A stretch of DNA of 64,000 nt from Eledone cirrhosa (lineage: Eukaryota). Below, in pieces: positions 29,192 to 43,775 of this stretch (its first letter is position 1; every line of letters starts with the position of its first letter). A program made the position numbers and the translations under genes. The stretch lies in NCBI GenBank assembly GCA_964016885.1, contig OZ024753.1, positions 1,054,001 to 1,118,000 of the forward strand, in the 5' to 3' direction. The notes under the pieces were generated by a model. The model saw nothing but the letters and a program-made list of their open reading frames with translations, did no database searches and was not told the origin of the DNA.

Positions 29192-30750
29192 TGTGTTGAG
29201 TAAAGTATTTTCGTGGCCTAAACAATTGTCAAATTGGAAAATAAAAATTGGAAAATAAAAAGAGAAAGCAGGATGGTGTAATGAGTGATTCCTGGAAATT
29301 TAAACGAATTTAATGAAGTGCTATACTTGAAATTTTCTTTGTAGAAAATAATTAACTTGGAGAGATAGGCGGAAAAAAGAAAGTTAAGAGAAAAGAAAAG
29401 AACGAAAAGAAAAAAATAAACGGAGAAGATAAAAGAAAATAGCTATTTGATCCGATGAGCAAATATTGAACGGGTCAGCTTAAGGTTTGCTTTTAAAAAC
29501 GAAAAATTCTGAGTGCACTTCTCAATATATGTAACAACCTTCAAGTGATTATAACGCTTTTTTTGTTTTACTTTTAAAAATTTTGCTCAACAAACTAGCG
29601 TTTGGAGTAAATACGCAAGTTGACACACTTTCTCACTGCGACTGTGTATTCAAGCAATCTTGGGTAAATATACTCAGAGAGTTTCGTTTAAGGATTAGAC
29701 TGAGGAATCAACTGCTGAAGATTTATACAAGGCTTGAGATAAGTGGAAGAGGTGGTGGATTTGATGGATGATATGGTAGTGGTGGAGATGGTCGCGGTGA
29801 ATTTAGAGTCGATGTTTAAACGATGTAGTTTGACGATCTTTTACACGATATAAAGAAATAAATTAGAAGTAGAAACAATATAAAGAAAGAAAGAATGGGA
29901 AAGAGAGAGAATGAAACAGTAATATATGTTAAAATATTGTTACTCCTTTGTTGTATTTCATGTCACAAAACTATTTTTCCACTTATTAATGTTCGTCAGA
30001 TTTCATATAAAATATAATTCCAGTCTGTAAAGTTATTTTATCTTCTTTTAAATTAATTCTTGTATTTTGGGGATATTTTTCATTTCGCTTTTGTTTTTTG
30101 TTGTTGTATTATGTGCGTCGACAGACGACGACGAGGGAACAACTGCGACAGCGTGAGTGGCGACAGAGATACAGAGATGTCCAGAGTTGAAATGATGTGA
30201 GTGAGATGTAAACGGTACCTATTATACCAGTGGGATAAGGTAAACCTGGCGGCTGGTTGATGACGTCATCACGTTTCTCTCCAGCTGGAACCACTCCAAA
30301 CCACCACCACCACCACCACCACCACCACTAATACCACCTACCACCAGCACCACCTACCAAGAACACCACCAACACCACCAACACCAACACCACCCAGCAA
30401 CACTACGATCTACTAACATCACCACCAACACCACCCACCACCAACACCGCTAGTACCAACACCACCTACTACCAATACCAACACCCACCAGCGCCTCCCT
30501 TCTTTTTTTCCGTCCATGTTGTTCAATTCCTTTTACACCTTTCTTGTTTTAACACCTATCTTCCCCCTCTTTTCGTGACTACTTCTTCCCCTTTACCTCC
30601 CCCCGTCACTCTATAACATACCTACACCGCCTACCGTTGCTGTTCCGCGGATCAACATCGAAAGCTGTTCAGTGATTGGCTAGATTTACTCATGGCCGCC
30701 GCCCTCTCTTCCTACCACCTCTCTTTCTTTCTTTCTTTCTTTCTTTCACG

Positions 30751-30807
<57 letters not shown>

Positions 30808-30914
30808 CCACTACGACGCACGTAGCTTCAAACACACTACATACAAATCACACACATACACGCTCGCATTCATGTACACATGTTAACATTTTTACTAAAT
30901 GTATGTGTGTGTGT

Positions 30915-31020
<106 letters not shown>

Positions 31021-31069
31021 ATATATATACTAAATGTATGTGTGTGTGTGTATATATATGTATATGTAC

Positions 31070-31167
<98 letters not shown>

Positions 31168-31208
31168 GAGTTAAACAAGATTCAATGAGTACATCAATTG
31201 TACGACTA

Positions 31209-31297
<89 letters not shown>

Positions 31298-31300
31298 GAT

Positions 31301-31373
<73 letters not shown>

Positions 31374-31808
31374 ATGAACATTTACATGTTATAGTTGCAA
31401 TTGACTAATAAGATCGCTAGAGTGAAAAATCTTAATTCAACAACATAAGGTCTGCCTGTACGATCTAGAAAAAAATAAATCAATACTCACAGACTCATAT
31501 GGGCAAAAAGCCTTGGTACCTAGACACGTTTAAAATTCAAAATACAAACTTTTTCCACAGATCGGTCAGAACTTCAAACTTCAAAGATGTTTCACAAAGG
31601 ATGTATAATAGTAAAATAATTAACTAATTAGCAGTGAGTTAATCAACTTTTTCTGTGTTTATCAATAGGTACCTATTGATAAACACAGAAAAAGTTGATT
31701 AACTCACTGCTAATTAGTTAATTATTTTACTATTATACACAAAGGGCGTGCATTCTAATAAATATTGCCTGTACAGGTAATCAAAGTGTGTATACATTTT
31801 GGGAGGAC

Positions 31809-31859
<51 letters not shown>

Positions 31860-32136
31860 GTTAGAATATGTGTAATAAGGCCAAGACAATGCAGACCAGC
31901 GTCTAAATTTCGAATGAAGCCATGCATGGCTTCATTGGAAATTTAGACGCTGGTCTGAGACTTTTACTTCCCTCCGAAGTAGAGATATTATCTCGAAAAT
32001 TAAGGACATTTAAATAAATTCAAGGTGAAAGACGAATTCTCATCAATATCTCTCACTATTGCATTCTTTTTCTATGTCCATATCTGCATTGTCTTGGCCT
32101 TATTACCAATGCTTCAAGTGAACTATAACCTCCTCC

Positions 32137-32259
<123 letters not shown>

Positions 32260-32434
32260 GAGAGAGGAAAATATATAATCCCGACGGCAGAGCTCCAGCC
32301 GTTTCGACGGCTATTTCTGGAAATAGCCGTCGAAACGGCTGGAGCTCTGCCGTCGGGGTTATACATTTTCCTATTACTCACTCTACTACCCTAAGTATTG
32401 AGTACTCTGGTGCGTTATGGTCCATCTGGTTCCT

Positions 32435-32595
<161 letters not shown>

Positions 32596-32612
32596 ATATA
32601 TATATATATATG

Positions 32613-32717
<105 letters not shown>

Positions 32718-33762
32718 GTATATGAAAAAGATATAGTTTTTTTTACAAAAACAATATAAGACATTTGAAACAGGTGGAGAAGTTAAAACAGCTTAAAATA
32801 CAGGAATTTATTCTAATAAACTCTACATGAGACTGTATCATACTTCCTAGCAAACATGTGTACGAAATCCTATTGTTAATGGAGCTGTAAAAATATGTAA
32901 AACATTTCAGAAATTCAGCATGTAATAAGTGCATGTAGAGACACAGCAACACATGCACATGTACACATGTAAGTAAGAATATACAGATCTACACATGCGA
33001 TACCATCGTACCTGCTCACACGTAAACACTAATTCATACAGACACACAGATATTTACCTACTGGGTGTCTAAATTCCAATGAAAGAGTCTTGTTTCCATG
33101 TTAAAAACCGGCTCTCTATTGGTGAAAATTTATAAAATAATAAAACCAGAATAACATACACGCTCACATACATACATAATTCATAGTCTACAAATGGCTG
33201 CGATAGCTGGCACCTTCAAAATTTGCAAAACATTCTTGCGATTCAAGGGATGACAATTTCTTTTCTTTTACAACCTTGCACCAGGAAGGTGGCCGGTCAA
33301 AAAATTATACTCGAAATTAAGAGAAAGTGATAACATACACAACTAGTTAGGAAATTACAAGTACAATCCATTAATGGAACAGTAAAAATATGTAAAACAT
33401 TCCAAAAATGTTGCATCTAATAACTGCATATACACATGTACAGATACAAAGCATATACACATACACACATACAACTCAAAACATACATCCACACATACAA
33501 TAACATCTATATCTACACATGCATGCATACATACATATCTACCTAGTTGATGTTGTATAAATTCCAATGAGAGAGTCTTGTGTCTATGTTAGAAAGCGAC
33601 TCTCTCTCTATTGGGAAAACTTTGTGAAATTATAAAACCAGAAGAACATACATACATATACATGCACGCATATACACACATACATAAATGCATTATATAC
33701 GTCGAAGTCAATTTTACCCGAGATCCTTTCATGGTCGATAAATTAATTACCAGCATAATACT

Positions 33763-33827
<65 letters not shown>

Positions 33828-33873
33828 AAATTCAAAATATTAATAAATGAAAAATATTCTCATAACCAAAATA

Positions 33874-33940
33874 TATATTTTATTATACATATTTCAAAGG
33901 TACATTGGTGTTTCAGTACGTTTTCATCAGATAAAATATA
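33874..33940 (-). ncRNA. Type I hammerhead motif in foldback arm
   Basis: tatattttat CTGATGA aaacgtac...gtaccttt GAAA tatgta TA ataaaatata. Same family as 23667 and 39832. Confidence 0.65.
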
Positions 33941-34690
33941 TGAGATATTGGATATGCGACATACCGCTAATGTTTTGATTATTCAATTCCTGTAATGGTA
34001 ATCACCATTGTACCTTTGAAATATGTATAATAAAATATATCTTTAAACTATATAAACTATATATATTTAAAATATATATTTAAGATTTAATCTGTTATTT
34101 TAATAAAATATATATTTTGGTTATGAGAATATTTTTCATTTATTAATATTTTGAATAATATTAAATACTCCAGATAAAAATTTGTCGAATGCTTCCAATC
34201 TATTGTAAAATTGTATTCGTTGAATAATCAACGACCTTTTGGTTATATATATTTTGTGTGGGTAGAGAATTTAATCCTCTGTCCCCGGACTAATGCACTA
34301 GTTTCTGTTACCCCATCTGCTGGCGGCAGTCCATGTTGGACTGACATGTACAGAAATTAGGCAATACTATTAAACATTACGTAATCGGCTAAGAGTAACT
34401 TGTCATATATATATATATATATATAAAGAAAAAGAGATGAAATCGAAAATGCAACTGGAGTCTTATTTTTTTTTAAAATATATATATTTATTTGGCTCCT
34501 TTACCGGTTTCGCAGTTCTTCTGCTTTTCAAAAGGTGAGTTGAGATGGAGGTAAAGGAACCAAATAAATAAATATATATTTAAAAAAAAAATAAGACTCC
34601 AGTTGCATTTTCGATTTCATCTCTTTTTCTTTATACTTTCACTCGTGTAGGACACCTCGGTTATTTTTCATTTTGTAAAAAAAACCTCAC

Positions 34691-34806
<116 letters not shown>

Positions 34807-36279
34807 TGCAATGTTAAAAACACAGAAACAGGAATACGCTGATACTGCGTGTTTGATTATTGCGGCTCTCGATTTTGTACGATTGTTAGTTTGCAATGGA
34901 AATATAAAATATCTTGACCTAAAACAGAAAGTACGACACATTTTGTGGGTCGGTTCGACAGGTTTAACAAACTGGAGTCCTCCACATTTGGTTGTACGAT
35001 AAAGTGCAAGTGTATATGTTAGTGCAAGAGACAGATATCACGCCGAATTGAAAACAATGTTGAAGATGTTGGTTATGTTGAGGAAACATATTCTAAATAT
35101 TAACGAAGTAGCATTGCTTGGAAAAAGAATACCTAAGGAAAAAAACACTGTAACTTGAAGTTGAAAAAGACCACAGTAGAAATATCTGGAATTTGTTTAC
35201 ACCTGAGCATGTCTAGAATAGAATAGAGGAATGTTGGAACATTGCTGGACTTGCATGAAGTGAACTTCAATGAGGAAGACATTATAAATGTCTTGCAATA
35301 ACGTGCATCCTTATTTATTTATTTAATTTAATTTATTTATTTGTTTGTTTGTTTGTTTGTCTTATTTAAATGTCCGTGTGGAGCTGGTAAGCCACGACAA
35401 AATGAGAAATGTCTTTAATACCTCAAATAATTAAGAAACAAACACAAGACAAAGAGAAAGAAATTGAGTGAGAGAAATAAAGAGAGTGCAGGAGAGAGAG
35501 AGAGGAGAGAAGAAACAAAAATAAGAAAAAGGTGAAAAACATTATAGAACAGTTAAATGTTTCTCTTGAAACTTTTATTATCTCCATGTATTAGAATAAT
35601 TTGTTTATGGTTGGTAGATCCTTGACAATATATAACATCTCCAATCTTGGTATTTTATTTAAGAACTTATAGTGATCCCCACACATGGATTTTGAAAAGT
35701 TTAGATATCCTGAAAATTTTCCCGGTAATAGGAGACCCAGGGGGTAGATCCTGAGAAAGATGGTTAACAAACATCCATGAGCTTGGTTGGTCACGCTTGG
35801 GGATCCAGCCGGATCAGTTGGAGACGGTTGCTTCTGATATGACCCGTTGGAGGAAATATTTGAGGACTCTGTCCCCCATGACCTTCTCAGGAATAAGTAG
35901 ATGAAGAAAAAAAAGAAGATATGAAACTTCCTTAAATACAAAGGGTGGAAAAACTCAAAGAGTCAACGGCAATCTAAAAAAAGAAAATCCCGCCAAATCA
36001 ATGGTGACAGTAGTTCCAGCTGCACACATCGAAAGACTGGTGTCGTGGTTCTGAGAACAATGCGGCTTTGCAGAGGATCAATGCAAATTGACGATGGAAA
36101 GGCGCTCCCGCTCGAGTTAGAAGAGAACTATTGACCTTCAGGAGAAGCAGTGACCCCTGATTGTATTCAGCAACCGAAACAAATATGAAGTACACCAAAT
36201 CCAATGCTCCTAGGGGCAGCCCTGGTTCTTCTTATTTGCGAGTGTAAACTCGGCCAGATTAGATTAGATTAAATACAAC

Positions 36280-36600
36280 ATGTCTATATGGAATATAAAT
36301 CCACCACTGCCGTACAGTGATGGAACTATAAATTCTAGCAGTGTTTTTCAAGGTGATTCGCTTTCTCTGATATTTTGCATTGCATTCAAACCCCTGTTTT
36401 TAGCGCTCAACAAAACAAAATATGGCTACAAAATAGATAACAAAACCATAAATCATCTGTTTTATATGGATGACTTGAAGCTGTATGATAAAAATGACAA
36501 CAAATTAGAAGGACTGCTAAAGACAGTTAAGGTGTTCAGCGATGATGTAGGGATGAAGTTTGGACTAGAAAAATGCACCAAAGCAACGTGTCTAATACGT
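36280..36600 (+). mobile_element. R4/Dong-like reverse transcriptase fragment
   Basis: FQGDSLS...FCIA...HLFYMDDLKLY...FGLEKC. Confidence 0.8.
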
Positions 36601-36631
36601 CTATACACACGCACAAGCATGTGTGTGTGTG

Positions 36632-36741
<110 letters not shown>

Positions 36742-37810
36742 CATCGGTGTGAATGCGTGTACATGTACGTGTGTGTGTATACGTATATGTGTGTGTATAT
36801 GTGTGTAAACGCTCGCTCCAGACAACCCTCATGTCTGCACACATTAGCAATGTTTGCTTATTGAGGTCAGTCGTCGTAAAAAGGTTAAAGATTAATAGTG
36901 AAAAAGTATTGATCGCCAAGACTTCCTTACGAAATCTTCTCATACGTCCATATTGTTTTTTAAATTTCTTTTCTATTATTTACTTTTGAAGTTCTTGTTG
37001 TTGTCGTAGTTGTTGTTTACCCCCAAGTCACATAGGCCTTGGTTAAAGTGACCTATAACTTTGTCTAACATAGGCACAAGGCCAGACAAGGCCAGTCATT
37101 TTGGTAAAAGGGAAAGTTGGCTAAATTGACCCAGTACTTTATTGGTACTTAATTTTATCGACCTCAAAAGAATGAATGATAAAGCTGATCTCGGCAGGAT
37201 TTGAACTCAGAACGCAGAAGGATGTAATGAAAGGCTATAAAGCAGTCGTCTCCCACCTTCTTTATACCACGGACCGGCTTCATGAACGTACAATCTTTCC
37301 GCGGACCGGTAGTTGTACATATGTATTATTTAAGTGCATTTCGATAAAAAGAGCAATAATAAAAATAACATTTTATTAAAGGGAAGAAAAAGTTTATTGA
37401 GTATATGAATATTGAATATTACAGGCGCTTTGCCAGCTTAACGTGAAGATTAAACCAATCAGCTCCGTCATTCTTAAGACACACGTGATTTTTTCTCCAG
37501 AGTCTTTTCCTGTTCTTTCCGCTTCTCATTCTCATTCTCTATCTTTTATTTCTTATTTTATTTCTCATTCTACCTTCTGATGAAGGACTATTGTCCAAAA
37601 CAGTAAGACACTTTTCCAACTATATCTGGCGTTAAACTAATATAATTTTTTCATTGTACTGTATTGTTAGCTTCGTTGCTTCAGTTTACTTTTCACACAA
37701 ACATACACATACGCACACTTATTTATTTTGTTAAAGCTAAATAATGAGTATTGTTATTCTGGACCTTCGCCTGTTTATCACAGGGTCATCAGACAACACA
37801 TACACACACT

Positions 37811-37852
<42 letters not shown>

Positions 37853-39128
37853 TATATACGTATACATACATGCATACACATGAATTGTGCGAAATGGAGA
37901 GAGAGCGAGAGAGAGAGAGACTCATTGTAGTCTCGAATTTTCGAAATCTTTCTTATCATATGATTATGAAGAGGTGATGACAATTTAATGCCCCAGGAAA
38001 AACTTCTACTACGTAATAACTTGTCACATTTCCTTTACAAAATCATAATTAAGTTGTTTGTTTGCATTAGTAGATAAAAGAAGAGTGAAAATAAAATGAA
38101 ACGAAATAAAAAAGAAATTTCTCCACTCCTTTACAGTTTGGCTATTTATCTAGTGCAGTGCATTTAGCTTTGCCTTTTATCATTACAGGGTCGATACAAT
38201 AAAGTACCAGTAATGCAATGGGGATCGATTTAATCGATTTTCCATTCCCCTTGTGCCTAAAGTAGAAACTATTATTATTATGAGTTACTGATTTCTAAAC
38301 AAACACAAGGCCACGAATCCTGGGGTAATGATATTGACTTTTATATCGATCTCATTACATGATGAAAAAAAAAAATGACCTGCAATAAGATCATTTAAAT
38401 CAGGGGTCTAGGATTCAAATGTCATTACAAGGGTCTAGGATTCAAAAAGGTCATTACATCCTTGTGGGAGATACACTGTGAACCAAACATAAGATGAGGT
38501 AGGCAGACCTGTCAACTCTCTCCGTCCGACTTTGGTGTGGGTGAGAGATCTTGTGAAAATGGGTATAGCTTTCATTATGTAAAATCTCCCCATTTTGCCT
38601 CATTTCTCCCCGTTTTGAGGCACTTGTTTTCATGGTACACCCCGTTTCGGTTTTAAAGGTTGGCAGGTCTGGGAAGCGGGCGCGATTTCCTCCAGTTATA
38701 ATGCTAATCTGCATTCATCAAAATCGATACACGTTAATAAGTGGGATATGTGAATCAGTACAAAATACACGATAGTAATTGGGATATGTGAATCAGTACA
38801 AAATACACGATAGTAATTGGGATATGTGAATCAGTACAAAATACACGATAGTAATTGGGATATGTGAATTCTTGAGTAAGACTCTTTATTTCACGTTGCT
38901 CCAGTTTACTCAGCTGTAGAAATGAGTTGCGACGTCACTGGTGTCAAGTTGTATCAGCCATTACCTTTCTCTAGGACAACATTGGTGGCGTGGAGAGGGA
39001 AGACTGGTATGCATGGGTGACTGCTAGTCTTCCACAAAGAACATTGTCCGGACTTGCACCCTGGAGGAGAGCTTTCTAGGTGGAAATCTCATGGTCATTC
39101 GTGACCGAAAGGGTTCTTTACCCTTCGT

Positions 39129-39205
<77 letters not shown>

Positions 39206-39209
<4 letters not shown>

Positions 39210-39284
39210 GTTGTAACATAAAATCCCGCCGTTATTATAAAACTTCTTAATGAAAAAGCGGCGGGAATTTATGTTACAACCCAA
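39206..39284. mobile_element. mariner-type MITE in a TA tract (similar element 43494-43571)
   Basis: TIR ttgggttgtaacataaa.tcccgccg and its inverse, TA flanks. Confidence 0.65.
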
Positions 39285-39499
39285 TATATATATATAATGT
39301 AGAAGTTCTATTTAAATTGTTGGGATACAACAAGCAAATATTTTTATAACTGATATAAAGCACTCAACAAATTATTGGAGTAAAAATACGATATATTAAC
39401 AAATGGAAACTATATTTATAAAACCATATTTATTTCATTATACATATTTCAAGGACACCAAGGCAAATTATGGTGCGCTTTCATCAGATAAAATATAAT

Positions 39500-39683
39500 T
39501 GTTTCTACTTTAGGCACAAGGCCAGCAATTACCCAGTGTATTACAGGTACTTTATTTTATCGACCCCGTAAGGATGAAAGGCAAAGTCAACCTCGGCGGG
39601 ATTTGAATTCATATCGTAAGGGGACATAACTATGCTGGAAAGCATGGCGTCCGACCCTCTACCGATACTGCCAATCCACCGCC
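39500..39683 (-). mobile_element. Full-length tRNA-derived Deu/Nin-domain SINE with 22-bp TSD
   Basis: A-box-like tggcagtatcggt, B-box-like ttcaaatcc, central gcctttcatccttacggggtcgataaaataaagtacc. TSD ctttcatcagataaaatataat at 39478-39499 and 39684-39705. Confidence 0.85.
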
Positions 39684-39831
39684 CTTTCATCAGATAAAAT
39701 ATAATACAGATCAGTTTTATAAATATTGACATACCCTTAAAGAATGCGACCATTTCTGTTGGAAGCTCCCGGATAGAAATGGTCGCATTCTTTAAGGGTA
39801 TGTCAATATTTATAAAACTGATCTATATTAT

Positions 39832-39895
39832 ATTTTATCTGATGAAAGCGCACCATAATTTGACTTGGTGTCCTTGAAATATGTATAATGAAATA
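39832..39895 (+). ncRNA. Type I hammerhead motif (mirror copy on - at ~39436-39495)
   Basis: attttat CTGATGA aagcgcacca...tggtgtcctt GAAA tatgta TA atgaaat. Confidence 0.65.
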
Positions 39896-40009
39896 AATAT
39901 GGTTTTATAAACTGGGTAGCCAGTCGTTGGGGTGTGACTCTAGACGGTTTTGCAGTCAGTTGTCGCCTGCGGTGCTGAAAGCGTTTGGCGCCGCTGTCGG
40001 GAGTTATAC

Positions 40010-40141
<132 letters not shown>

Positions 40142-40225
40142 AAAAGTTCGGGACACCGATGGCTGAGATTCTGCCGTTTCAATAGCTAGATCCGCACACA
40201 AACACACACACGTGTTTACACAGAG

Positions 40226-40333
<108 letters not shown>

Positions 40334-40656
40334 TCTTTTTGTATCATTCACACAGATTGTTTTATATTTTTCTATCGTGAGAATGCTATAAAAAAACAGA
40401 AAATACTATATTAACGCTTGATAGAATGTCTCAGATGAGACTAAGATGAGTCGGCTACATATCAAAATAGTTGGTAGACATACGACGACTAGACATTATA
40501 AGAGTTAATAATATAGAATGTTAGCAGGAAATAATACACAAATAAATATAACACTGGAATAACAATGTAGCCGAGAGAAAATACCTGAGGCGAGAGTTTA
40601 ACACAATAAAAACACATTTGTTAGATTCTCACATATATAATATACCCAGCTATTCA

Positions 40657-40714
<58 letters not shown>

Positions 40715-40905
40715 GAGAGAGAGAGGGGGTGGGGGTGGGGTAGTTTCATAACAAATTAACAAACCATACCCGAGGACACGTGTGAAACACGTGTCCTCAG
40801 GTATGGTTTTTTTTTCATTATATGTATGTGTATATATGTGTTAATAATGTTCAGATCTAGCTGACGAAACGGCCGGAGCTCAGATACGTCTTGATTCTTC
40901 GTAGA

Positions 40906-40953
<48 letters not shown>

Positions 40954-41159
40954 GTTGCATTTATCTTGCTTTATGTTCATACGAGTTATCACCAAGTCAC
41001 AACCAGTGACCTCAAGAGACAACAAGGTTCGCCATGTTCAAGAAAGAACATACATACACACACATGCATCTTTAGGTGTTTAGACTTGTGATGTACTTAT
41101 ATTGACAGAATCTTCCTTAGTATATGGGCAGTTCCCATTAGTACTATCTTTTATTATTA

Positions 41160-42141
41160 TTTGGCACCTGGAATGTTGCCAGGCACTCACTGCCCTCTAC
41201 CAAGCGGGCAATGCGATCAGTGGAACTTCCACTCTCGAGTTCTATAGAGGATTAGTGGTGGGCAAGTGCGATGACGCACTCGGAGAAGCTTTGGGCCTCG
41301 ACGAAGTCGAACTGACCAGTCTGTACCGGAGGACTTTTGAGCCGGGGACGATGGACAATTTCCAGAAATCCCTCGCTTGGCAGTGCTACCGGGGGGCACT
41401 GCCGGTTCGGGATAAACTCTACAGGCACGGAAGTGCTGTCAGACGGACCTGCCCAAGATGCGCACAGAACGACGAAACCGTTCTGCACGCACTTGTCCAA
41501 TGTCCGTGCATTACTGACTTGTGGAGTTATGTCGAACAGCTACTGTCGCGTGTGGAACGAATCCGGCTATCGGCCGAGTCCATAGTGAAGATCGAGCCGC
41601 CACCTTCCTTAGGTCAGGAAGATCAGGAAATTTTCCTCTGTCTGGTGGCAGTTGCGAAAGAGATTATATGGTGGACCAGGTTGAAAGGACTAAAGACACA
41701 CACTTTTCTCTTCGGCCAATCCCTCATCAACTTCTTCAAGTTTCACCTGGAAAGGAGGGTGAGGGTGGAGAGAGAAGTGCTGCCCCCCCAGTACATTTGC
41801 TAAAAGGTGGGTGAATGTGGCGAGAATGGCTCGTGTGAATGGGCCTACTCTGACCATGCGCCTATAGGCTGGCTAACTTGAGGAGAGGGGTGCTCTCCTG
41901 GGTGCCATAGAAGCGCAGGGTGGTTCAGGATTGGTGGGGTACCTGAAGCACCCCAGGGTCGTACACCCCTATCGGGGAATTTATTTTGTTATATTTATGC
42001 ATAGTTTATTTTATATTTTTATATTTTCATTGTTAAATTAGTCTTGCCATTGTGCACTTTTACTCCATCTTATTGTAAACCCCACTGTCCCTGTCTTTGT
42101 ATTGTCCCCTACATGTCGGCCCTGGTGGCTAATAAATGAAA

Positions 42142-42142
<1 letters not shown>
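41160..42142 (+). mobile_element. L1/Tx1-clade LINE 3' fragment (zf-RVT); RT fragment of similar type at ~56405-56600
   Basis: W..YRGALPV...CPRC...ETVLHALVQC...W, 3' UTR with aataaa then (ATT)n. Confidence 0.75.
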
Positions 42143-42195
<53 letters not shown>

Positions 42196-42720
42196 TTTGA
42201 GTCTCAGTCATTGATGTTATTTAACTGGAAAGTTTGTTGAAATGAATATCAAGCCGCTACCTGCAGCCTCAGATATTCAGGACGTATCGGAGGGTTCTTG
42301 CTGTTCCCAGCAAGCATGCCTTTTGAAGTGTTCCAAAAAGCGGGGCTGGACTAATTTTCTTTAACCATCCTTGGAAACTCTTTGAGATAGTACCTAGTGT
42401 CTCTATGACAATCGGGACGACTCTGACTTCATGGCAGTTCCAAATCCTTTTTACCTCCCACTTTAAGTCCTGGTATCGGTTAATTTTCTCCTCCTTTTCT
42501 TGCACTCTCGTGTCAAATGGGCAGGCTACATCTACAATCAGGCACGATCTTTTTTCCTTGTCCAAAACCACCAGGTCAGGCCTAGTGTGTTCCAGTTTCT
42601 TGTCCGTCTGTATCCTAAAATCCCACAGCACCTTCACCTGATCGTTTTCTATCACCGACTCTGGCTTATGCTCATACCACTTCTCAGAATGTGGTAAATT
42701 GTTTACTTTACATCATGTCT
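42196..42720 (-). mobile_element. R4/Dong-like restriction-like endonuclease 3' fragment ending in (TAA)n
   Basis: LWDFRIQTD...RPDLVV...IVDVACP...EK..RYQDL...VPIVI..LG...LQKACLLGTA. Confidence 0.85.
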
Positions 42721-42862
42721 CCAGCCTTTATTATTACATTCTCCGTTTTCTGTTTTTTTACACGCAGAAATGCCCTTTTGTACCGTCCTGTATTGTCCTG
42801 TACTGTCCTTAATGTCTACTTTGTGTAAACCCTTGTGGTTAATAAAGAAAGCATTACTATTA

Positions 42863-43180
42863 TTTAACTTTGCCTTTCATCCTTACGGGGTCGATAAAAT
42901 AAAGTACCAGTAATGTACTGGGTAATTGCTGGCCTTGTGCCAAAAGTAGAAACAATTATTATTATTATTATTATTATCGGTGGATTGGCAGTATCGGTAG
43001 AGGGTCGGACGCCATGCTTTGACGCATAGAGTTACGGCTCTTGCCATTCTGAGTTCAAATCCCGCCGAGGTTAACTTTGCCTTTCTTCCTTCCGGGGTCG
43101 ATAAAATAAAGTACCAGTAATGTACTGGGCAATTGCTGGCCTTGTACCAAACGTAGAAACAATTATTATTATTATTATTA
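42863..43180 (+). mobile_element. Two tandem SINE copies (5'-truncated plus full) with (ATT)n tails
   Basis: Same consensus. Other copies at about 1764-1940, 4860-5005, 7380-7540, 9300-9520, 9539-9715, 16130-16250, 22137-22245, 24965-25117, 37070-37230, 38165-38280, 44345-44552, 44740-44945, 47230-47440, 47465-47620, 49745-49932, 57466-57569, 60008-60150, 62170-62295. Confidence 0.85.
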
Positions 43181-43457
43181 TCTTGTAAGTCAACCTATGC
43201 CACCCCGCCACCGTGTTTTCAGGATGCTGCGTGTACGACAACGTGAATGTTAGGGTACAGGTAGACGGTATTTCAGGTGTGAACAGTTAAGTTATTCCTA
43301 GTCAGGAGTTGGTGAGAATTGCAAGTTGTGGAAGATACAAGGAAGGGCGGTTACTTTTACCAGTTATTCTTATTGGTGTATATTGTTTATGACTTTACTA
43401 ACATAGGCACATACTCGCGTACGTACACATGAATACACACACACACACACACACAAG

Positions 43458-43497
<40 letters not shown>

Positions 43498-43588
43498 GCC
43501 GTCAAGTATGAAATTTGTAGAAATTTCTATTTTTCGATACATTTCTACAAATTTCATACTTGACGACCCAACATATATATATATATAA

Positions 43589-43619
<31 letters not shown>

Positions 43620-43690
43620 CGGGAGTATACATATATATATATATTAGCAGGGGCACTAACATACAGTGTTTATGTATAATAAATATAACC

Positions 43691-43775
<85 letters not shown>

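Noticed and set aside
39206-39284. Counting this and 43494-43571 among the ribozyme foldbacks
   Set aside because: No hammerhead core, and the termini look like mariner TIRs with TA TSD, so they are ordinary MITEs.
42979-43070. tRNA genes
   Set aside because: The A/B boxes belong to SINE heads and do not form a cloverleaf.
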